Positions 57,983 through 64,000 of a stretch of 64,000 nucleotides of DNA are shown here, piece by piece (within the stretch, counting starts at the first letter, position 1; each line of letters begins with the position of its first letter). The notes beneath the pieces were generated by a model. The model saw only the letters and a program-made list of their open reading frames with translations. It ran no database searches and was not told the origin of the DNA. This DNA is from a virus. Taxonomy: Duplodnaviria > Caudoviricetes. The position numbers were made by a program, and so were the translations under genes. The stretch is taken from IMG/VR virus record IMGVR_UViG_3300021399_000012, positions 1 through 64,000 of that record. One strand, given 5' to 3'.

Positions 57983-59071
57983 ATGAGCGTGGATTGGCTG
58001 GCGTCAATGACGCATACTTACGAATTCTATATAGTAGATCCTGTCACATGGGGCGATAAGATGCGAATTGACACAGTCACTGCATGCTCTATAAGATACG
58101 ACGACTCTGTAGAAACTCTGGCAACTGCATCATTTACACTAACCGAAGAGATCGGAGAAGTGTATGTAAGAGTATATATGGTTGTCATTCAAAATGGGGT
58201 AAAAATGAGAATTCCATTAGGTACATTTCTAGCCACATCACCGAATGTTTCATTTGATGGTAAGGTGAAAAGTGTATCTATAGAATCATATTCCCCACTA
58301 CTTGAATTAAAAGAGAAGTATACTCCTATTGGATATACGGCTCCAAAGAATCAAGAAATATTACCGCTCTTAGCGACACTATGCGAAGAAAATATGCGTA
58401 GTCCGGTTTTAAAACCATCATTTAAGAGTGATAAATTTCAAGATGATTTTATAGCAGGCGGTGATGAGACGTGGCTTAGTTTTATAACAGCTGCGTTAAA
58501 AGCCGCTAACTATAAATTTGAATTTGACGAAAACTTTAGGGTAATGTTCGCTCCTGTTCAGGACGTAAGATCATTACAACCTAAATGGATATATAACGAT
58601 GATAATAGTTCAATCTTGCAACCGCAAATAACTATTTCTAGAGATCTATATGGAATACCAAATGTGGTAGAAGTTGTGTATTCGAGATCTGGAAATGCCA
58701 ATTCTGTTATGCGTTCGGTCGTTAAAAATGATGACCCTTCGAACCCGCTATCTGTTCAAGCTAGAGGCAGAGAAATAGTATACAGAGAAACATCACCGAA
58801 CATAATCGGTATACCTACTCAAGAGTATCTGGATGATTATGCCGAGAAGTTACTTAGAAAGAAATCGTCTTTGGAATGTTCTTTAAGTTATACTCACGGC
58901 TATTGTCCAGTTAGAGTTGGTGATGCGGTGTTGTTGAACTACAATAGACTTGGCTTGTTGAATGTAAAAGCCAAAGTAACATCACAAACATTGACTTGTG
59001 ATTCTGGTGCACAGGTAAGTGAGACCGCAGTCTTCACAACTGAACTCTGGAATCCATTTACTTCAAAATAG
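57983..59071 (+). CDS. minor tail / baseplate hub-like protein
   Basis: Position; YDDSVETLATASF, PNVVEVVYS, CPVRVGD patterns. Confidence 0.6.
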   Translation: MSVDWLASMTHTYEFYIVDPVTWGDKMRIDTVTACSIRYDDSVETLATASFTLTEEIGEVYVRVYMVVIQNGVKMRIPLGTFLATSPNVSFDGKVKSVSIESYSPLLELKEKYTPIGYTAPKNQEILPLLATLCEENMRSPVLKPSFKSDKFQDDFIAGGDETWLSFITAALKAANYKFEFDENFRVMFAPVQDVRSLQPKWIYNDDNSSILQPQITISRDLYGIPNVVEVVYSRSGNANSVMRSVVKNDDPSNPLSVQARGREIVYRETSPNIIGIPTQEYLDDYAEKLLRKKSSLECSLSYTHGYCPVRVGDAVLLNYNRLGLLNVKAKVTSQTLTCDSGAQVSETAVFTTELWNPFTSK

Positions 59072-59099
59072 GGTAAAGATATTAAGAAAGGGATAACTA

Positions 59100-60545
59100 A
59101 TGTTTTATGTATTAAGTCCTGATGTTGGATTAAGATATTTTACAGATATTGGATATTGTTATATTAGAAAGCATGCTGGAAGAACAAGACCAAGAGGCCT
59201 TACTGAAGAAGAATATGAGCTATTAAGTACTGTTTGCGACGGCAGACATCTGATAACTGAAGATCAGGAAAGAATCCTGCATAAGTTCGAATTCGACAAT
59301 GTTATCACAGCATATGATGATATCTTGCCCGTCTTACAGTATAAATGGCAAAACATAAAAACAAATAATAGATATGTTTCCGAAATGGAAGTATCTATAA
59401 CTCAGAGATGTAATTACAATTGTATGTACTGTTTTACTACTGCAGATGCAGCGCCATTAACAGATTCATTTACACTTGATGAATTTGACGACTTAGTTGG
59501 TCAGGCTTTAGACTGTGGATTCAATAGTTTTGCTTTTACTGGTGGAGAACCTATGGTTCATAAGAACTTTAGAGAAATGATCCAGGCTGTTTACTCTAGA
59601 GGAATGACTGTTTCCGAGATAATGACAAACGGCAGTCTGATAACTGACGAATTTATAGATTGGCTTAAAAATATGTACTACTTACCTAGATTCTGTATTT
59701 CATTTGACGGAATAAATGGTAAGCATGACATGATTCGTCAGACACACTCTGAGAATATTGTACTTGATAACATCAGAAAACTGTTGAAAAAAGGTTTTAA
59801 GGTTAAAGTTACATATAACCTTAGTAAATTTAATCTGGATGAACTTAGAGAAACTACTAAGATTTTAGAAGAAATGGGTGTTGACGAGTTCCGAATTGCT
59901 AGAACAATGCCAGCACCAAAATGGCACAGTTTTGCTCCGGGAACAGAAATAGATCATGAAGAGTGGATTAAGATTGGACTGGAATATTGTGACTGGTATA
60001 TGAAAGAAAACATCCAAATGGATCTGGATTTCTGGAACTTAGCAGCTATAATTCCCGGCGATAGAACACTTGGACTTAGTAATATTAGAGGCTGTCATTG
60101 TAATCGAGATACTGATAAAGATCAGCCTTTGTGTCCACTGACTGTTGAGAGAATATGCGTTATGGGAAATGGTGGTATGACACCTTGTCAGCAGGTAAGT
60201 GGTATTCTCAAATATGAAGGTATTGATCTTGGAAATGTTAAAGAGACACCACTTAGTGAATTGCTAGTAAATAGTGAATTCTCAAAAGTTATATATTCTA
60301 CAGTTGAAAGTAGAAAAGATCATCTAGAAGAATGCAAGAATTGTAAATATTGGGAATGGTGTCTTGGTGGATGTCCTATTATATGTTGGAACTGGAGACA
60401 CGATAAAGGAGATAAATTCCCATATTATCTAGATGAGACGAAATGCGCGTTCTTTAAGAATGGGTATTATGAAAAGTTTAAAGAGATAGCTGATAATAAC
60501 AATTATATTTTACATGGAGGTGATCTCTATGCAACTATCGGATGA
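59100..60545 (+). CDS. radical SAM/SPASM domain protein
   Basis: CNYNCMYC, FTGGEP, SFDG motifs; SPASM Cys pattern C...G...PC...CKNCKYWEWCLGGC. Confidence 0.9.
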   Translation: MFYVLSPDVGLRYFTDIGYCYIRKHAGRTRPRGLTEEEYELLSTVCDGRHLITEDQERILHKFEFDNVITAYDDILPVLQYKWQNIKTNNRYVSEMEVSITQRCNYNCMYCFTTADAAPLTDSFTLDEFDDLVGQALDCGFNSFAFTGGEPMVHKNFREMIQAVYSRGMTVSEIMTNGSLITDEFIDWLKNMYYLPRFCISFDGINGKHDMIRQTHSENIVLDNIRKLLKKGFKVKVTYNLSKFNLDELRETTKILEEMGVDEFRIARTMPAPKWHSFAPGTEIDHEEWIKIGLEYCDWYMKENIQMDLDFWNLAAIIPGDRTLGLSNIRGCHCNRDTDKDQPLCPLTVERICVMGNGGMTPCQQVSGILKYEGIDLGNVKETPLSELLVNSEFSKVIYSTVESRKDHLEECKNCKYWEWCLGGCPIICWNWRHDKGDKFPYYLDETKCAFFKNGYYEKFKEIADNNNYILHGGDLYATIG

Positions 60546-63500
60546 AATAATCAATGCGTTTGTTAAGACTTTGCCTAATGGCGAAAAAGACAATAGTAAT
60601 GGTTATGAATTATATTATGGAACAGTTAAGGTTTCTAATGGTAAAACTAGTGTTATATTAGATGGATCGCCTGTTGAGACACCATTGAATTATTTAACAA
60701 TGGGTGCTGAAAATGGTGATAGAGTTACTTGTATTATAAAAGATCATTCTTTGATAGTTACAGGTAATTTAACTCATCCATCTGAGGGAATGACTACTAA
60801 GTACATCGAGACTATGACTGTTTTAGCGCAGGAAGCAGCTATAGGAAAACTTATAGCTACTGAGGGTGACTTTACAGAGCTTACAGCTGATTCAGCTTTT
60901 GTAAAAAGGTTAATGTCTGATCAAGTAGGTGCGTCTATTTTAACAGCAGATGAAGCATTCGTTGGCTCGCTGCAGACACAAATAGTAACAGCAGATAAGA
61001 TTAAAGCTATGCAGGCTGAAATCGGTTACGTTGATGCAGAGACTCTAGAGGCTAATTATATTGATGCAGAGACGATAAAAGCTAACTATGTCGATACCAA
61101 GACATTACATGCTAATTATATTGATGCTGAGACATTAAAAGCTAACTATGTTGATACAGAGACATTAAAAGCTAATTATGTTAATATAAAGACATTAGAG
61201 GCTAATTATATTGATGCTAATACAATAAAAGCTAATTATGTCGATACAAAGACGTTAAAGTCTGATTATATTGATGCTAAGACGATAGCAGCTAACTATG
61301 TTGATACAGAGACACTAGAGGCTAATTATATTGACGCTAAGACAATAGCAGCTAACTATGTTGATACAGAGACGTTAGAGGCTGATTATATCGATGCAGA
61401 GACGATAAAGGCTAATTATATGGATGCGGCGACAATAAAAGCCGGCTATTTACAAGCTGACATGGCAAATTTAAAAATAGTAGAAGCTACAAAAGCATCT
61501 ATCGCTACTTTATTAGCTAATATAGCGTTGGTCAAAAATGCAACAATTAGTCAAGGGCATATAACTGGAGCATTGGACTCTGTTACATTAAATGCTAATT
61601 ATATTACAGCTGGTAGTTTGAGTGTTGATAGATTATATATCAACGGATCTGATGGAAAACCAAGACTTGTTAAATTTGACTCAAGTGGAAAACCAGTAGC
61701 TACTACTATTGACGCATCTATTTTAACTGATAGAACGGTTACCGCTGATAAGATCGTAGCTAACAGTATTACGGCTAACGAGATAAGCACTGACTTTATT
61801 ACAGCGTTTAGAGCGGATATTATGCAGACAGTAACTGAGCATCTAGAAGCAATTGATGCTGAGATTCAGAATCTTATATCTGGTGATACTACTATAACAT
61901 CGTTGACAGTAAAGTCGAATGCATCAATCGGTGGTAAATTAACAGTAACTGGGTCTACGATTCTTAAAGGATCTGTAACCATGAATTCAACTTTAAACGT
62001 TGACGGAGCCCTTACAGCAAAGTCTCTCAAATTGGCAACTCCGTTACCAGAAACATCTGGCGGTACTGGGGTTAATAACTTTAATAATCTGTTTAAAATA
62101 TTTAGAGATCGCGACTATAGGTTGAACTATACTCGTACCAATCTAATAAATCCAACCGCACAGACACAGACAAAAAATGGTGTTACACTCACTAATAATG
62201 GGGATGGCACTTATACAGTTAATGGTACAGCTAGTGAGTGGACTTTTTTTAACTTAAATTATGTTAACTCTAGTACATTGACCATACCCGTAGGAACATA
62301 TAAGTTGACAGGAACACCAACTCCCAATGGCCAAAAAGTCCGAACTCAAGTAGTGACACCGGATAAAGTAATCGGTACTAATCAAAATGACTACGATGGA
62401 ACTATATTTACAGTCCAACAAGGTACTGCCGCCACCTGGGTTAGGATTGCCATCGACAAAGGTTATACAGCTAACAACCTCTTGTTCAAGCCAATGATAA
62501 CAACAGACCTTAATGCAACATATGGTGATTTTGTACAGTATTCCGGACCTGGTGAATTAAATGAGAATGTAGCGGAGATTTATAAGGTTTCTGATAGAGT
62601 TTCAGATGAAACTCATACCAATCTAATAAATCCAACTGCACAGACACAGACGGTCAATGGTGTTAAATTCACTAATAATGGAGATGGCACTTATACTGTT
62701 AATGGTACGGCTAGTGCAGAAGCGCTTATCGTACAACCTAAATATTTAGACTTAACGCCACTTCGTAACAAAGACATAAAAATTGTGGGGTGCCCTTCAG
62801 GTGGAGGAGCAAGTAAGTATCAATTTAATATTAATATTTATGATGGCTCAGGCACAAACATTGGTTCTACGGTAGATTTCGGAGAAGGAAAAACACGCCA
62901 TGTACCAAGTAATGCCCATAAATGTAATATCGTAATGGTTGTCCGAAACGGTTATACAGCCAATAACCTCCTCTTCAAACCAATGATAACAACAGACCTA
63001 AACGCAACATATGACGATTTTGTACAGTATTCAGGAGATGGCGAGTTAAATGAGAATGTACAGAAGATATATCGTAAACAGAGATATGTGTTTATAACGA
63101 CCAACGAAATATCTGCCACATACAACCCTATGACGATTGCGGAAGAAATGTTAGCAAAAAGAGGTAACGAAGTTGGTCCAGAACTAATGTATGTGGGTGT
63201 AAGTGATACACGTGGTTATGAACAATATGCTCCTGCTTCATATACTACATATGAAATTCGTAGAAGTACCGATACTGTAACAATAAATACTATAAGTTAT
63301 AGCAATAACTTTTATTATACTAACGGTAGGTCAGCTGCTGGTAATTGGAAAAGTTGGAAAATAATGAGACCGACTGATGCTAAGCTAGATTCATCGTCTG
63401 AAAATCCAATAGCTAACAAGGCAGTTACAAACGAGTTTAGTAATATTACTAAAAGAACAGATTTCAAACAGGGACTATTAGATCTTGTATATCCGGTAGG

Positions 63501-64000
63501 TAGTATATACACATCTACAAAAAATGTTTCACCTGCAACTTTCTTAGGAGGAACTTGGACTAGAATAAAGGACACATTCCTATTAGCAGCTGGCGATACA
63601 TATGCGGCGGGTACAACCGGAGGTTCTAGTACTCATACATTAACAGTTGACGAAATCCCATCGCATGCACATGGATTAAATAATCATGTTCATAGTATGA
63701 ATGGGCATACACATGGTATACCAGCATTAAGTGGAACGGCACATAGTGAAGGTGGACATACTCACGGAACGTCTGGTAAATATAGATTAGGCGGTGTCGA
63801 TGTTGGTAACATGGGTGTTGGCGCTGGTAATAGTTACACACTATCTAATCCATTCTTATCAAGTATTGGCGGTGGTGCACATACCCATTCAGTAACCACA
63901 GACGCAGGTACAACAGATGGGAATTCGACAGCATTTACTGGAGGGCCTATAAGCGGAGACACAACGAATACTGGTGGAGGAAAAGCCCATAGTATTATGC
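60529..64000 (+). CDS. tail fibre / receptor-binding protein (3' truncated by window; absent from ORF track)
   Basis: ATG 60529 after GGAGG; frame reads as coding wherever translated, to the window end; 10-aa repeats, duplicated ~155-aa domain, YPVGSIY..GTW motif and multiple HxH motifs. Confidence 0.85.
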   Translation, partial: MQLSDEIINAFVKTLPNGEKDNSNGYELYYGTVKVSNGKTSVILDGSPVETPLNYLTMGAENGDRVTCIIKDHSLIVTGNLTHPSEGMTTKYIETMTVLAQEAAIGKLIATEGDFTELTADSAFVKRLMSDQVGASILTADEAFVGSLQTQIVTADKIKAMQAEIGYVDAETLEANYIDAETIKANYVDTKTLHANYIDAETLKANYVDTETLKANYVNIKTLEANYIDANTIKANYVDTKTLKSDYIDAKTIAANYVDTETLEANYIDAKTIAANYVDTETLEADYIDAETIKANYMDAATIKAGYLQADMANLKIVEATKASIATLLANIALVKNATISQGHITGALDSVTLNANYITAGSLSVDRLYINGSDGKPRLVKFDSSGKPVATTIDASILTDRTVTADKIVANSITANEISTDFITAFRADIMQTVTEHLEAIDAEIQNLISGDTTITSLTVKSNASIGGKLTVTGSTILKGSVTMNSTLNVDGALTAKSLKLATPLPETSGGTGVNNFNNLFKIFRDRDYRLNYTRTNLINPTAQTQTKNGVTLTNNGDGTYTVNGTASEWTFFNLNYVNSSTLTIPVGTYKLTGTPTPNGQKVRTQVVTPDKVIGTNQNDYDGTIFTVQQGTAATWVRIAIDKGYTANNLLFKPMITTDLNATYGDFVQYSGPGELNENVAEIYKVSDRVSDETHTNLINPTAQTQTVNGVKFTNNGDGTYTVNGTASAEALIVQPKYLDLTPLRNKDIKIVGCPSGGGASKYQFNINIYDGSGTNIGSTVDFGEGKTRHVPSNAHKCNIVMVVRNGYTANNLLFKPMITTDLNATYDDFVQYSGDGELNENVQKIYRKQRYVFITTNEISATYNPMTIAEEMLAKRGNEVGPELMYVGVSDTRGYEQYAPASYTTYEIRRSTDTVTINTISYSNNFYYTNGRSAAGNWKSWKIMRPTDAKLDSSSENPIANKAVTNEFSNITKRTDFKQGLLDLVYPVGSIYTSTKNVSPATFLGGTWTRIKDTFLLAAGDTYAAGTTGGSSTHTLTVDEIPSHAHGLNNHVHSMNGHTHGIPALSGTAHSEGGHTHGTSGKYRLGGVDVGNMGVGAGNSYTLSNPFLSSIGGGAHTHSVTTDAGTTDGNSTAFTGGPISGDTTNTGGGKAHSIM
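61024..61443 (+). repeat. 14 tandem 30-bp coding repeats (consensus NY[IV]D[AT][EK]T[LI][KE]A)
   Basis: Read directly, e.g. GCTAATTATATTGATGC / GCTAACTATGTTGATAC. Confidence 0.9.
62131..63075 (+). repeat. two tandem copies of a ~155-aa domain in the tail fibre (480-bp offset)
   Basis: TNLINPTAQTQT.NGV..TNNGDGTYTVNGTAS and GYTANNLLFKPMITTDLNATY.DFVQYSG.GELNENV at 62131 and 62611. Confidence 0.9.

Larger units (their letters stand above)
37734..59073 (+). promoter_or_regulatory. dispersed late-region motif TCAAAATRNGG (9 exact copies + 1 near match)
   Basis: At 37734, 40354, 42154, 45440, 46822, 48039, 55293, 58189, 59063; near match 43507; none seen by eye in 1-37 kb. Confidence 0.6.

Noticed and set aside
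62131-63075. Diversity-generating retroelement template/variable repeats
   Set aside because: Both copies are in-frame coding domains, differences are not adenine-specific, and no reverse transcriptase is in the window
470-63841. Minus-strand and alternate-frame ORFs in the track (e.g. 3024..3413, 9484..9948, 52131..52913)
   Set aside because: They shadow longer + strand genes, lack RBSs and have unnatural composition; no convincing minus-strand gene found
1-64000. Stop-codon reassignment
   Set aside because: Long genes are intact under the standard code and end in TAA, TAG or TGA with tight packing; no suppressor tRNA
1-64000. Lysogeny module or prophage boundary
   Set aside because: No integrase, divergent repressor pair, att-like junction or host genes seen; the XRE gene is co-oriented with its neighbours

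Overview
64 kb of an AT-rich, long-tailed siphovirus-type phage genome (host probably a Clostridia/Lachnospiraceae-like Firmicute, inferred from composition and GGAGG RBS usage). Essentially all real genes are on the + strand, and no integrase or lysis cassette is seen in the window. Layout: (1) 1-31.3 kb early/middle region of small, often membrane-anchored genes, many in promoter-ORF-terminator cassettes, plus a 1344-aa SF3 helicase-primase-PolB fusion, SSB, SleB-like hydrolase, SF2 helicase, RNase H, a minimal radical SAM, a tRNA-like RNA and an iteron-like array (30.25-30.47 kb); (2) 31.4-35.8 kb nuclease genes and a 1066-aa single-subunit two-barrel RNA polymerase (GADFDGD, YonO-like) with fused HTH domains; (3) 36-64 kb packaging, head and tail genes, including a radical SAM/SPASM gene inside the tail module and a tail fibre that runs off the window end. 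The most striking signal is a possibly self-contained phage transcription system. It comprises a non-sigmaA bipartite motif TTCGCA-N15-TATATR (17 copies, early/middle region only), a motif TCAAAATRNGG confined to the structural region, an RNAP whose N-terminus carries the same L-x-H motif as the head-region accessory proteins and the capsid polyprotein, and a free-standing copy of the RNAP C-terminal HTH. Unexplained RNA-level elements include six copies of a 29-nt H-type pseudoknot, three 28-32 bp stems whose only mismatches are G-U on the + strand, and a tRNA body with a 50-nt anticodon loop. Functional calls come from motifs read by eye and recalled family knowledge; no database searches were run.
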